DNA of 64,000 bases from an uncultured Acidobacteriota bacterium (GTDB taxonomy: Bacteria > Acidobacteriota > Terriglobia > UBA7540), in NCBI GenBank assembly GCA_963804995.1, contig CAWDSK010000006.1, forward strand, positions 1,344,001 to 1,408,000, read 5' to 3'. Every line of letters starts with the position of its first letter. Position 1 is the first letter of the stretch. Under the pieces are notes generated by a model. The model did no database searches. It saw nothing but the letters and a program-made list of their open reading frames with translations, and was not told the origin of the DNA. This document shows positions 39,420 to 49,744 of this stretch, piece after piece. Made by a program: the position numbers and the translations under genes.

Positions 39420-39699
39420 CTAAGGGCCGGACCGCGGAACCTCAGAACTCCATCCGCGACCTTGGGTGCCCTCACTTCAGCCCAGTGGCCACAAGGTGTA
39501 CCGGGTGTGAAGCATGGGAATAAATGAGAAGGTCCTGAAACGGCGGAGCCAAGGTACCGCCCTTCCCCTGACTGGGGATGAATCCGGACTACACGATTCG
39601 GCGGGTTGGCGACAAGTATGAAGAAAGCCTAGCTGCTACCATGCAAATCGGGTCGGCTGCAAGACTCCTGGCTCTTTACCTCCCCTCGCATTTCCGTGG

Positions 39700-42600
39700 G
39701 TGGAGCTCGCTTGTTTGGGGGGCCAGCAAGCCACGCTTCCGGCGGGCGCACCTTCGCTGCCGGTTCTAGGACAGGTCAGTGACACCGGAGCGTTTCCTGC
39801 CCTGCTGCCGAGGAAAAGTCATGCTTTATTCGCTACCAATAATTTCGAGGTCCTATGGGATTTAAGTGGGACCTCGCGCGCTATGCCCCGCTTAGAGCGA
39901 ATTTCCGCGGGGGTGGTACCGGGCATAGCAAGCGCCTTGTGGGACGTGGGACGCGCCCCCTGGGTGCTGGGATTCGTGGGCCTGCTGATGCTCGGCGCCG
40001 CGGCGTGGGTGTGGATCTTGCAGCGTCAGGTGCGAGCGAAGACGGAGCTGATGCGGGAGTGGCTGCGGCGCGAGGCGGCCTTGAAGGAGCAGTACCGCGA
40101 CCTGCTGGAGAATGCCATCGACATCGTCTACACGCGCGACCTTGAGGGGCGCATCACCTCCTGGAACAACACGGCGGAAAGGGTCTTGGGCTACGGGCGC
40201 GTCGAAGCCCTGGGCATGAATGTCAGACAAATCGTCGCCCCCGAATTCCTGGATCTTCTCAATCGAGGAATTCTCAGCGCTGCGGAAGGAAGGCCTGTTG
40301 ACAACGTCGAAATGGACATTATCACCAAACCCGGAGCCCGGATTACCGTGGAGGTGCGCACGCGGTTGCTCTACGATAACGGCAAACCCGTGGGGGTCCA
40401 GGGAATCGCCCGCAATGTAACAGCACGAAAGCACGTAGAGCAGCAGGCTTGCCTGCAGGCAGCGGCTTTGGAGGCGACCGCCGTTGGCATCGTTATCACC
40501 AACCCGGAGGGAGCAATCCTTTGGGTCAACCCCGCGTTCACGGCCTTGTCGGGCTACGCGCTGGCGGACGTAGTGGGCAAGAATCTCCGCCTGCTGAAGT
40601 CCGGCAAGCATGACGTGGAGTACTACCGCGACCTGTGGGGCACGCTCAAATCGGGCCGGGTCTGGCATGGGGAGATTGTCAACCGTCGCAAGGACGGCAC
40701 CCTCTACACCGAAGAGTTGACGATTACGCCCGTGCGGGGCACAGGCGGAGAGGTCACACATTTCGTGGCCATCGCGCAGGACATCACCCTGCACCAGCAG
40801 GCCGAGGAGGCGCTCCGTCAAAGTGAGGAGAAATACCGCTCCATCGTCTTGAATATTCCCGAGGTTGTCTGGACGGTCGATTCCCGAGGCCGTTGCGTCT
40901 TCATCAGCCCCAATATCGAAAGGCTTTCTGGATATACCGCCGAGGAGGTCTATCAGGCAGGCTTGAATCTGCTCTTCCAGAGCGTTCATCCTGACGAGGG
41001 GCAAGCGATCACGGAGGCATTGCAAGCAGCCTTCGGGGACCAGCAACCGCGGGATGTGGAGTTCCGGACGCGACACAAAGACGGCAAATGGATTTGGGTA
41101 CGCGCCCGGACCATGGGCTCTTATGAAAAGGAAGGTGTTCGACACCTGCAAGGCCTCCTTGCGGACATCACCGAGCGCCACCGGGCGGAAGAAGCCATAC
41201 GGCGCTCGGAGACAAAGTTCCGCACGCTGTATGAATCCATCACCGATGCGGTGCTGCTTTTTGGCGAGAACGGTTTTCTCGACTGCAACAAGGCGGCCCT
41301 GGCAATCTACGGCTGCGCTACCTGGGAGGACATCTGCGCGCTACACCCCGCCGATCTGTCGCCGCCCCTGCAGCCTTGCGGAACAGATTCCTCAACGCTG
41401 GCCAACCAGCACCTCGCTACGGCGATGGAAAAGGGCGTCAATCACTTTGAATGGGTCCACAAGAGAGTCGACACGGGTGCGATCTTTCCCGCCGATGTGC
41501 TGCTCAATGCCACGGAACTGGATGGCAAACGGGTTATCCAGGCCGTTATCCGCGACATCACCGAACGCAAGCGGGCGGAGCGTTTCCAAAATCTTTCCGC
41601 TGAAATCCTGGGTACCCTGAATGAACCTCTGGGTGTAACGGATGTGGTCGACCAGATTCTCGCCGCCATCAAGCGGGAAACCGGTGTCGACGCTGTGGGG
41701 ATTCGACTACGAAGCGGCGATGACTTCCCCTACTTTGTCCAGAGCGGCTTTTCCCAGGGGTTCTTGCTTACGGAAAATACGCTAATCGCCCGGGATAAGA
41801 ACGGTGGCCCTTGCCGGGATAAGAACGGCAACATCAGCTTGGAGTGCACCTGCGGCCTGGTCATTTCCGGGCAGACAGACCCGGCAAACCCCCTCTTCAC
41901 CACGGGTGGAAGTTACTGGACAAATAACTCGCTGCCCTTGCTGGATCTTCCTGCCCACCAGGACAAGAGGCTTCATCCGCGCAACATTTGTGTCCATCAA
42001 GGGTACAGCTCTGTGGCGCTTATTCCCATTCGCGCCCATGGCGACATCGTTGGCCTGATGCAGCTCAATGACCGAAAGAAGAACTGTTTCACGTTGGAGA
42101 TGATCCAGTTCTTTGAGGGGATAAGTGCCAGCATTGGTGTAGCCCTGATGCGCAAGCAGCAGGAGGAGGCTCTGCGCCGGAGCGAAGCCCAGCTAAAAGA
42201 AGCCCTGCTGGCCGCCCAGATGGGCGTCTGGGAGTGGGCACTCGAGACTGGCACCGTCACCTGGGACGGAAACCTCTACCGCATCTCGGGTCGAGACCCG
42301 AAACTGCCCGCGCCCAGCTACGCGGAGCAGCAACAAATCTATGCTCCGGAGAGTTGGGAACGACTGGAGGGGGCGGTAAACAAAGCCCTCGCTGCCGGAA
42401 CTCCTTACGAGCTCAACCTGGAGTTAGTCCGCCCGGACGGCTCCAAGCGGTGGGTGATTGCCCGTGGAGAGGCGTCGCGGGATGCGAGTGGCCACATCAC
42501 GCAGCTCCGCGGCACCGTGCAGGACATTACCGAGCGGAAGGCGGCAGAGGAAGCAGCCGCGATAGCTGAGAACGAATACCACAAGATATTCGAGGGGGCG

Positions 42601-45600
42601 CTGGAAGGAATCTATCGAACCTCACCGGAAGGGAGAAATTTGGCTGCGAACCCCGCTCTGGCCAGAATGCTCGGTTACGATTCACCGCAGGAGGTCGTAT
42701 CGACGGTCAATGACTCGGGGCATCAGGTATGGCGGGATCCTCAGGACCGCCTGGCCTTCTCCCGGCTGCTGGAGGAGCAAGAGATCGTCCGCGGATTTGA
42801 GTGTCAGTACCTGCGCAAGGATGGAACCGTCATCTGGGTGTCACTTAATAGCCGCAGAGTTCGTGGGCCGGACGGGCAAACGCTCTACTATGAAGGTTTC
42901 ATAGAAGATATCACCGAGCGCAAGCGCACGGAGGAAGCATTGCGCGAGAGCGAACAGGGCTTGGCGGCGGCCCAACGCATCGCTCACGTCGGGTCCTGGC
43001 AATGGAACGTCCAAACCAACGCCGCGCATTGGTCCGCTGAAACTTTCCGGATCTTTGGCCTGGCTCCCGGGCAACTGGAAGAGCATCGTAAAGCCTTCCT
43101 GGAAATGATTCATCCCGCTGACAAGCTGCGGGTGGATCAAGCCCTGACCGACGCGCTCCTCGGAACCAGCGAGTACAACCTTGACTATCGCCTGCAACTG
43201 CCGGATGGAACCGAGAAGGTGATTCACTCCCAAGCCGAAGTTTTGCTCGACCAGGCCGGCAAACCCCTCGCGTTGCAGGGGATCGTGCATGACATCACGG
43301 AGCAGAAGCAGGCCGAGGAAGCGCTCCGGCAGAGTGAAGACCAGTATCGTTCGATGGTTCTGAACATTCCCGAAGTGGTGTGGACGGTAGATTCCGAAGG
43401 CCGGATCGCCTTTATCAGCCCCAACCTCAAAAAGTTAAGCGGGTTTACCCCCGAGGAGGCTTATCAAACTGGGCTTTCTCTGTTCTTCCAGTCCATTCAT
43501 CCCGACGACGCGCCGAGAATTAAAGCAGCCTTTATAGCCCTCTTCCGAGGGGGCCACCCCTACGACGTGGAATGCCGTGTCCGCCGTAAGGACGGGGAAT
43601 GGATTTGGGTGCACGACCGGGCCGTGGGCACTTATGAAAAGGATGGTGTCGTGTACGCGCAAGGCTTGCTCTCAGACATTACCGAACGCAAGCGCGCGGA
43701 AAAGGCTCTGCAAGATAGTGAGGAGCGCTTCCGGAGCCTGGTTGAGAACGCCACCGTCGGCATCTACCGCACCACTCCTGAGGGTCACATCCTGATGGCG
43801 AATCCCACCCTGGTGCGGATGTTAGGGTGTGAGAACGCCGGAGAAGTGGTGGCGCGCAACCTCGAGGAACAAGGGTTCGAGCCCAGTTACCCGCGCCGCG
43901 CCTTTCGAGAGCGCATCGAGCGGGATGGCGAAGTCTACGGTTTGGAATCCACATGGACAAAACGGGATGGGTCAATAATCTTCGTCCGTGAAAGCGCGCG
44001 AGCCATCCGGGCAGAATCCGGCCAGTTGTTGTACTACGACGGAATCGTCGAGGACATCACGGAGGTCCGGCGCGCCGTCGAGGCGGTCCAGGAAAGTGAA
44101 GAACGCTTTCGTCAATTAGCGGAGAACATTCGCGAGGTCTTCTTTGTCATGACCCCGGAACCGGTCCGGGCCACTTACCTGAGTCCGGCCTACGACGAAA
44201 TCTGGGGCAGGCCGCGCCAGGAAGTCCTGGACTCTCCCGTCGCCTGGATTAACTCGATTCATTCGGAAGACCGCGAAGGGGCGATCCAGACCTTTGCCCA
44301 ACAACTGCGGGGCGAGGCGACCGATATGGAGTATCGGATCGTGCGCCCGGACGCCTCTCTGCGCTGGATCAGGAACCGCACCTTTCCGGTATGCGATGCG
44401 GAAGGGAGGTTCTATCGAGTCGTGGGCATTGCGGAAGACATCACGGAGCGCAAGCAAGTGGAGGCGGCGATGCAGAGCGCCATGCAAGCCTCCGAGGAAG
44501 CCAGCCGCTCGAAGAGTGAGTTCCTGGCGAATATGAGCCATGAACTTCGCACGCCCATGAATGCGGTGATTGGCATGACGGAACTTGCCCTGGCCACAAA
44601 CTTGAATCCTGAGCAGCGCCGCTACCTGGAGCTCGCCGAGTCGTCAGCCGGGTCCCTGCTGGCAATGATTGAAACAATTCTGGACTTTTCCAAAATCGAG
44701 GCGCGCAAATTCCAGCTCAACTGCGTTCCCTTTCGCTTGCGCTCCCTGGTGGATGAGGCCCTGCGGCCCCTGGCGATCGAAGCGTACCGCAAGGGGCTGG
44801 AGATCGCCTACGGGGTGTCACCCACCATCCCCTCCTCCCTGCGCGGGGACCCGGTCCGTTTGAAGCAAATCCTGGTGAACCTGGTGGGAAACGCCATCAA
44901 GTTCAGCGAGCGGGGAGAAGTCGTGGTCCGCGCCCAGGTGGAATCACACGAGCTGGATGCCGTTTGGCTGAAGTTTCAGGTGAGCGACACGGGGGTGGGC
45001 ATTCCTGCGGACAAGTTGGAGATGATCTTTGAGGCTTTTACGCAGGTGGATGGCTCCCTGACGCGAGACTTTGAAGGCACGGGTTTGGGGCTGACGATTT
45101 GCGCGGAGCTGGTGCGGATGATGGGAGGGCGCATCCGGGTGGAAAGCCAGGTAGGGAGAGGAAGCACCTTCCACTTCAACGTACGTCTGGGCGTGGAGAA
45201 AGACCCTGCCCCACCCGGAGCCGAGCCCGCCCATCCGTCCCTCCGCGGGCTGCCCGTGCTGGTGGTGGATGACCATGCGGCCAGCCGCGAGGTGGTGGCG
45301 GAAATCCTGCTCCATCACGGAATGATCCCCACCCTCGCCGAGGGCATGGAAGCTGCGCTCGAAGCCATTCTTAACAATCAGGAGTCCCAGGCGCCTTTCC
45401 GTGTGGCGCTGGTCGACGCGCACCTGCCGTCGGGGGATGGCTTTTCCCTGGCGGAGCGGACGCGCCGCATCCCGGGATTTTCCGCCGCGATTCTGCTGAT
45501 GGTTCCTCCCGACGATGCGTGGCACGATACGGCCCGTTGCCGGGAGCTGGGAATTGTGAATTATCTCCACAAGCCGGTGCGGGAAAAAGAGCTGCTAGGG

Positions 45601-46410
45601 ACGATTGCCACCGCCATCGAAAAATCCGCCACGGCGGGAAAGGGGGCTTCCCGGATGCGAGGTTCAGCGGAGGAGCTCGGACGTGTAATGCGTGTGTTGC
45701 TGGTAGAAAACAACGAAGTCAGCCAGGTGCTGGTGACGCACCTCCTGGAGAAACGAGGCCACGAAGTCGTGGTGGCCCGCGACGGCGAGGAGGCATTGAC
45801 CGCGCTCGCCCGGGTCAAAGCGGGCGGTTTTAATTTGGCCCTTCTGGATGTCGAGATGCCCGGTCTGAGCGGGCCAGAAACCGTCCAGGCAATCCGGAAA
45901 ATGGAGGCTAAAACCGGTGGCCGCCTGCCCATTATCGCCACGTCAGCCCACCCCACCGAGAGCGAGGAGCAGCACTGTCGCGCCGCCGGGATGGATGGCT
46001 ACATCGCGAAGCCCCTCCGTACCCATGAGCTCTTTGAAATCATCGAAGGCGTGGTCGACCGCAAGGGGCCGGTTTTTGATAGGGCACGCTTCCTGGCCCG
46101 GCTGGAGGGAGACGAACTGCTGATTACAGAAATCGTGGGAATGTTTTTACAGGAGTGCCCCAAGCTGATGAAGGGTGTGTGCCAAGCCATCACCCAAAGT
46201 GACCCCCACGCCTTGGAGCGCGCCGCCCACACGCTGAAAGGTTCCGTGGCGGATATGGCGGCCCCGCAAGCTGTCGAAGCCGCCCAAAACCTGGAAAAGA
46301 TGGGACGGGAGGGAGACCTTGGACAGGCCGGGCCCGCCCTCGAAGTCCTGGAAGGCGCCATCGACCGACTGACTCCAGAACTGCGTAAATTGGAGAAGCG
46401 TACGGCCTAA
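39700..46410 (+). CDS. very large multi-PAS/GAF hybrid sensor histidine kinase (HisKA-HATPase-REC-REC-Hpt)
   Basis: one TM, many DITERK PAS junctions, FLANMSHELRTP, GTGLGL, two receivers, AHTLKGS; start uncertain. Confidence 0.93.
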   Translation: MELACLGGQQATLPAGAPSLPVLGQVSDTGAFPALLPRKSHALFATNNFEVLWDLSGTSRAMPRLERISAGVVPGIASALWDVGRAPWVLGFVGLLMLGAAAWVWILQRQVRAKTELMREWLRREAALKEQYRDLLENAIDIVYTRDLEGRITSWNNTAERVLGYGRVEALGMNVRQIVAPEFLDLLNRGILSAAEGRPVDNVEMDIITKPGARITVEVRTRLLYDNGKPVGVQGIARNVTARKHVEQQACLQAAALEATAVGIVITNPEGAILWVNPAFTALSGYALADVVGKNLRLLKSGKHDVEYYRDLWGTLKSGRVWHGEIVNRRKDGTLYTEELTITPVRGTGGEVTHFVAIAQDITLHQQAEEALRQSEEKYRSIVLNIPEVVWTVDSRGRCVFISPNIERLSGYTAEEVYQAGLNLLFQSVHPDEGQAITEALQAAFGDQQPRDVEFRTRHKDGKWIWVRARTMGSYEKEGVRHLQGLLADITERHRAEEAIRRSETKFRTLYESITDAVLLFGENGFLDCNKAALAIYGCATWEDICALHPADLSPPLQPCGTDSSTLANQHLATAMEKGVNHFEWVHKRVDTGAIFPADVLLNATELDGKRVIQAVIRDITERKRAERFQNLSAEILGTLNEPLGVTDVVDQILAAIKRETGVDAVGIRLRSGDDFPYFVQSGFSQGFLLTENTLIARDKNGGPCRDKNGNISLECTCGLVISGQTDPANPLFTTGGSYWTNNSLPLLDLPAHQDKRLHPRNICVHQGYSSVALIPIRAHGDIVGLMQLNDRKKNCFTLEMIQFFEGISASIGVALMRKQQEEALRRSEAQLKEALLAAQMGVWEWALETGTVTWDGNLYRISGRDPKLPAPSYAEQQQIYAPESWERLEGAVNKALAAGTPYELNLELVRPDGSKRWVIARGEASRDASGHITQLRGTVQDITERKAAEEAAAIAENEYHKIFEGALEGIYRTSPEGRNLAANPALARMLGYDSPQEVVSTVNDSGHQVWRDPQDRLAFSRLLEEQEIVRGFECQYLRKDGTVIWVSLNSRRVRGPDGQTLYYEGFIEDITERKRTEEALRESEQGLAAAQRIAHVGSWQWNVQTNAAHWSAETFRIFGLAPGQLEEHRKAFLEMIHPADKLRVDQALTDALLGTSEYNLDYRLQLPDGTEKVIHSQAEVLLDQAGKPLALQGIVHDITEQKQAEEALRQSEDQYRSMVLNIPEVVWTVDSEGRIAFISPNLKKLSGFTPEEAYQTGLSLFFQSIHPDDAPRIKAAFIALFRGGHPYDVECRVRRKDGEWIWVHDRAVGTYEKDGVVYAQGLLSDITERKRAEKALQDSEERFRSLVENATVGIYRTTPEGHILMANPTLVRMLGCENAGEVVARNLEEQGFEPSYPRRAFRERIERDGEVYGLESTWTKRDGSIIFVRESARAIRAESGQLLYYDGIVEDITEVRRAVEAVQESEERFRQLAENIREVFFVMTPEPVRATYLSPAYDEIWGRPRQEVLDSPVAWINSIHSEDREGAIQTFAQQLRGEATDMEYRIVRPDASLRWIRNRTFPVCDAEGRFYRVVGIAEDITERKQVEAAMQSAMQASEEASRSKSEFLANMSHELRTPMNAVIGMTELALATNLNPEQRRYLELAESSAGSLLAMIETILDFSKIEARKFQLNCVPFRLRSLVDEALRPLAIEAYRKGLEIAYGVSPTIPSSLRGDPVRLKQILVNLVGNAIKFSERGEVVVRAQVESHELDAVWLKFQVSDTGVGIPADKLEMIFEAFTQVDGSLTRDFEGTGLGLTICAELVRMMGGRIRVESQVGRGSTFHFNVRLGVEKDPAPPGAEPAHPSLRGLPVLVVDDHAASREVVAEILLHHGMIPTLAEGMEAALEAILNNQESQAPFRVALVDAHLPSGDGFSLAERTRRIPGFSAAILLMVPPDDAWHDTARCRELGIVNYLHKPVREKELLGTIATAIEKSATAGKGASRMRGSAEELGRVMRVLLVENNEVSQVLVTHLLEKRGHEVVVARDGEEALTALARVKAGGFNLALLDVEMPGLSGPETVQAIRKMEAKTGGRLPIIATSAHPTESEEQHCRAAGMDGYIAKPLRTHELFEIIEGVVDRKGPVFDRARFLARLEGDELLITEIVGMFLQECPKLMKGVCQAITQSDPHALERAAHTLKGSVADMAAPQAVEAAQNLEKMGREGDLGQAGPALEVLEGAIDRLTPELRKLEKRTA

Positions 46411-46501
46411 AACCATGGCTGTTCACTTAAACTTTGTTGTTCCCGGTTCGACCGTAGTACATCGTTCCGTTTGTTCTTTGTATTATAGGGAACTCAAATT
46501 C

Positions 46502-47132
46502 ATTGCGGGAAAACGTCCAGGCTTTTGATCAGCAAGACCCGGATTGATCCGCTGGTAATATAAAGCCCTGTGTGTACGACGGACTAGCCCTTCCCCGAGG
46601 GGAGAGGGCGGAGCTATTTGAATTCATAACCCTCTCCGAAGGGAGAGGGTGGACCGCAGCCGGCGTTTTCATCAGCCGGGGCGGGACGGGTGAGGGGTCA
46701 GTCCTCCATGCAAGTACCAGGTCCCAGAGTTCGCGATCTGCGGCGGCAAGAAACGCCAGCAGAAAAGCTTGCGTGGCACCTTTTGCGCGACCGCCGCGCG
46801 GGACTCAAGTTTCGTCGCCAGTTTCCCATCGGAACCTACGTCGTCGATTTTTACTGTTTTGAAGTTCGTTTGGCAGTAGAGCTTGACGGTAGCGCGCATT
46901 CCCAACCGAGCCAAGTGAAGAAGGATCGTGCCAAGGACGCGTACCTGACCGGCATGGGAATTCGGGTGCTGCGCTTGCCGAACGGACAGGTGAGGGAAGA
47001 TCCGGAGGGGTTCGTGAAGAAGATCCGCGAGTCTCGACTGAGTCGGATACCGCCTGAAAGACCCCTCACCCGGCCCGCTGCGGCTTGAGAAATTGCGGGA
47101 AAACGTCCAGGCTTTTGATCAGCAAGACCCGG
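46502..47132. mobile_element. DUF559 cassette between perfect 41-bp direct repeats
   Basis: ATTGCGGGAAAACGTCCAGGCTTTTGATCAGCAAGACCCGG at 46502-46542 and 47092-47132; REP-like R4 at 46616-46699 and an inverted partial copy at 47061-47085. Confidence 0.6.
46708..47088 (+). CDS. DUF559 (Vsr-like) endonuclease-domain protein
   Basis: LRR.ETPAE..AW..LR, KFRRQ.PIG.YVVDFYC, VELDG..H, D..KD.YL...G.RVLR. Confidence 0.92.
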   Translation: MQVPGPRVRDLRRQETPAEKLAWHLLRDRRAGLKFRRQFPIGTYVVDFYCFEVRLAVELDGSAHSQPSQVKKDRAKDAYLTGMGIRVLRLPNGQVREDPEGFVKKIRESRLSRIPPERPLTRPAAA

Positions 47133-47465
47133 CAGCGGCGCACACGACGTTCACTTAACAATATTTTACGACCCGCCAGATAACCTCTACTGCCTTTTCT
47201 TACTCCAACCCATGGCGAACATTTTGGCGTGGTAATTCCGATGGGGACTGGGGAACCAGGCGTGGATTTCTTACCACCCTGGGGTTAATCTGGGGTAAGG
47301 GCGGTAAACTCGCCACTGCCGCGCTAGACTGACTCTCGACAGTCCCCCATGGCCAGAGGCGGAATTCCAGTCTATGATGCTGATTAAACCTTTTTCACCA
47401 GGGGCCATACGCCTAATTGATAAGGTCAACAGCAAAAGACGGAAAAAGCGTAAGGATGGGAGAAT

Positions 47466-47915
47466 ATGAAAACCATATTGGGAGTATTACTGATTCTGAT
47501 TCTGGGCGCCGCGCCAGCGTGGGCGGTCCTGGGTGAATATGAGTCGTCGGTGAGCTTGGATCAACAGGTTTTTGGCGGTGCGCATCGCGAAGAGGCCCGC
47601 CAGGGCTATAAACTTCACGAAATTACTACTCCGGATGGCACGGTGGTGAAGGAATTCGTGTCGCCAGCGGGTTTGGTTTTTGGGATTAGATGGCAGGCGT
47701 CGCACATGCCGAACCTGCAACAGTTAATGGGCTCCAGTATGACGGAGCTGCAGGCGGCCATGCAATCCAAGACGCGCCGACACACGGGGGGACCCTTGAT
47801 CGTGCGCACCGACAAGCTGGTGTTTGTCAGTGGCGGTCATATGCGCTCCTTCCACGGGTATGCCTATGTACCCAGCCTGGTGCCAGGCAACGTCTCGCCG
47901 GAGGTGGTGCAATGA
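47466..47915 (+). CDS. DUF2844 family secreted protein
   Basis: PAWAVLG, GTVVKEFVSPAG.VFG..W, P.L.QL.G, GGHMR.F.G.AY.P. Confidence 0.85.
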   Translation: MKTILGVLLILILGAAPAWAVLGEYESSVSLDQQVFGGAHREEARQGYKLHEITTPDGTVVKEFVSPAGLVFGIRWQASHMPNLQQLMGSSMTELQAAMQSKTRRHTGGPLIVRTDKLVFVSGGHMRSFHGYAYVPSLVPGNVSPEVVQ

Positions 47916-49234
47916 CGCGCAGATTGACTTCGGCGGCCGCAGGGGGCCGTCTGCTTGCTGTGGTAATGGGCTTGATTGCTTTGGCGAGTTGCGGAAGCGG
48001 TGGTGGCACTCCCCCTGCTTCCCCACCCCCACCGACGCCGGTCGGCAACACCGCATCCGTTACGGTGGGCTTTGGGGCCTTGGGAGCCGCGGGTGGGTAC
48101 ACGAATGGGATCTGGACGACGGTGACGGTTTGCGCTCCGGGCAGTACCACCAATTGCGTCGCCGTCCCGGACGTCCTGGTCGATACCGGCTCCGTGGGAT
48201 TGCGTGTCCTTTCTTCGGCGCTGGGCAGCCTCCAACTGCCGCCGATCACTGATGGCAGTAACCCCGCTAATCCGCTGCAGGAGTGCATCCAGTTCGCCGA
48301 CTTCTCCTACATCTGGGGGCCAGTGGTGGTGGGCAACGTTCAGATTGCCGGAGAAACGGCTGCGCAGGTCCCGGGTCAAGCCGCGAACTCAGGAATTCCC
48401 ATCCATGTTATTGGTTCTTCGCCCTACGTCGTGCCCGCGAGTTGCATTACGAACCCCCCCGGCGGTGGTGTGGCGACCCCTCTCGACACGCTGCAGGCAC
48501 TCGGCGGTAACGGTATTCTGGGCATAGGCAACTTCCCCCAGGATTGTGGCAGTAGCTGCGCTTCGGGTTCACAGCCCTATTACTTTCTCTGCCCCGGCGG
48601 CGTCTGCTCCATTGCCTCCGTACCCGAGCAGCTCCAGGTCTTTAATCCCGTTTCGGCGTTTACCTCAGACAACAACGGGGTGTTAATAACTTTACCGTCT
48701 GTCGCTGCCGGCGGCGCCCCCTCCGTCACAGGAACGCTGATTTTCGGTATCGGGACGCAATCCAATAACGCCCTGGGCAGCGCCAAAGTCTACGAGATCG
48801 ACGGGTACGGTAATTTCCCCCAGGTTACACTCAATGGCGTTAACTACATGTCAGGACAGAACACCTTCGGCGGCTTCATTGACAGCGGCTCGAATGCCCT
48901 CTACATCTCTGATGCCACCACCTTGGCCTCGACTGGCATCGTCGAGTGTGCGGGCAACCTCCAGGGTTACTACTGTCCCGCCTCCACGGTCCAACTTACC
49001 CCCACCGTTTTTGGAGCGAATAGTGTCTCGGCCCCAGTTCAGCTCAGCGTCGCAAATGCTGCCACGTTGATTAACAGCGGTAACGCAGTGTTTAACAACG
49101 TGGGTGGGGATAGCGGCATTGGCTTGTCAACAGACTACGTCGATCTGGGAATACCGTTCTTCCTCGGTAAGTCAGTGTTCGTGGGGATTGAGGGTACCAA
49201 CGCTACCTACCCGAACGGCTATTGGGCGTTTTAG
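47912..49234 (+). CDS. DUF3443 family lipoprotein (pepsin-like DTG/DSG motifs)
   Basis: ATGA overlap with DUF2844; lipobox LASC; VLVDTGSVGLRV, LIFGIGTQSNN, FIDSGSN, DLG.PFF. Confidence 0.88.
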   Translation: MTRRLTSAAAGGRLLAVVMGLIALASCGSGGGTPPASPPPPTPVGNTASVTVGFGALGAAGGYTNGIWTTVTVCAPGSTTNCVAVPDVLVDTGSVGLRVLSSALGSLQLPPITDGSNPANPLQECIQFADFSYIWGPVVVGNVQIAGETAAQVPGQAANSGIPIHVIGSSPYVVPASCITNPPGGGVATPLDTLQALGGNGILGIGNFPQDCGSSCASGSQPYYFLCPGGVCSIASVPEQLQVFNPVSAFTSDNNGVLITLPSVAAGGAPSVTGTLIFGIGTQSNNALGSAKVYEIDGYGNFPQVTLNGVNYMSGQNTFGGFIDSGSNALYISDATTLASTGIVECAGNLQGYYCPASTVQLTPTVFGANSVSAPVQLSVANAATLINSGNAVFNNVGGDSGIGLSTDYVDLGIPFFLGKSVFVGIEGTNATYPNGYWAF

Positions 49235-49343
49235 GGTGAAGTCTGAAAGCAGATTGTCGTGCTGAGTTCTTGGTAGGGGCGCATCTCAGTTAAGCGGGAT
49301 GCGCCCCTGAATTTTTCTGTAGCCGCGACTTCCTTTTCAAGCT

Positions 49344-49415
49344 GTAGCGGCGGGTTTACCCCGCCATTTGGCGCCATAGGCGCAACAGACAATGGCGGGG
49401 TAAACCCGCCGCCAC
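49344..49415. repeat. GTAG-type REP doublet
   Basis: same GTAGCGGCGGGTTTACCCCGCCAT unit as 13023; further copies at 57527 and 61846. Confidence 0.8.
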
Positions 49416-49577
49416 GTCAAACTGAACCAGCACCGGAGTCCGACAGGACTGGATAGCTTCAAAAATTATGTGGTATCTTGAAAGGTTAAACGCAATACTG
49501 ACAACCTTTCGTAGCGGAATGGTGTCCGAGCATAAGAAGCAAATGGAAAGCCCTGGCGAAGGGCAGCGTGGCATTAT

Positions 49578-49744
49578 ATGAAAACCACTTTGAATCCAAG
49601 ACGCGCCGGCACAGTGGGGGACCTTTGATCGTGAGGACCGATAAGCTGGTGTTTGTCAGCGGCGGTCACATGCGGTCTTTCCACGGGTACGCCTACGTGC
49701 CCAGCCTGGTACCCAAGAACATCACCACGGAGGTGGTGCAGTGA
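49578..49744 (+). pseudogene. internally deleted DUF2844 copy
   Basis: ATGAAAACCA start fused out of frame to SKTRRHSGGPLIVRTDKLVFVSGGHMRSFHGYAYVPSLVP...EVVQ*. Confidence 0.85.
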
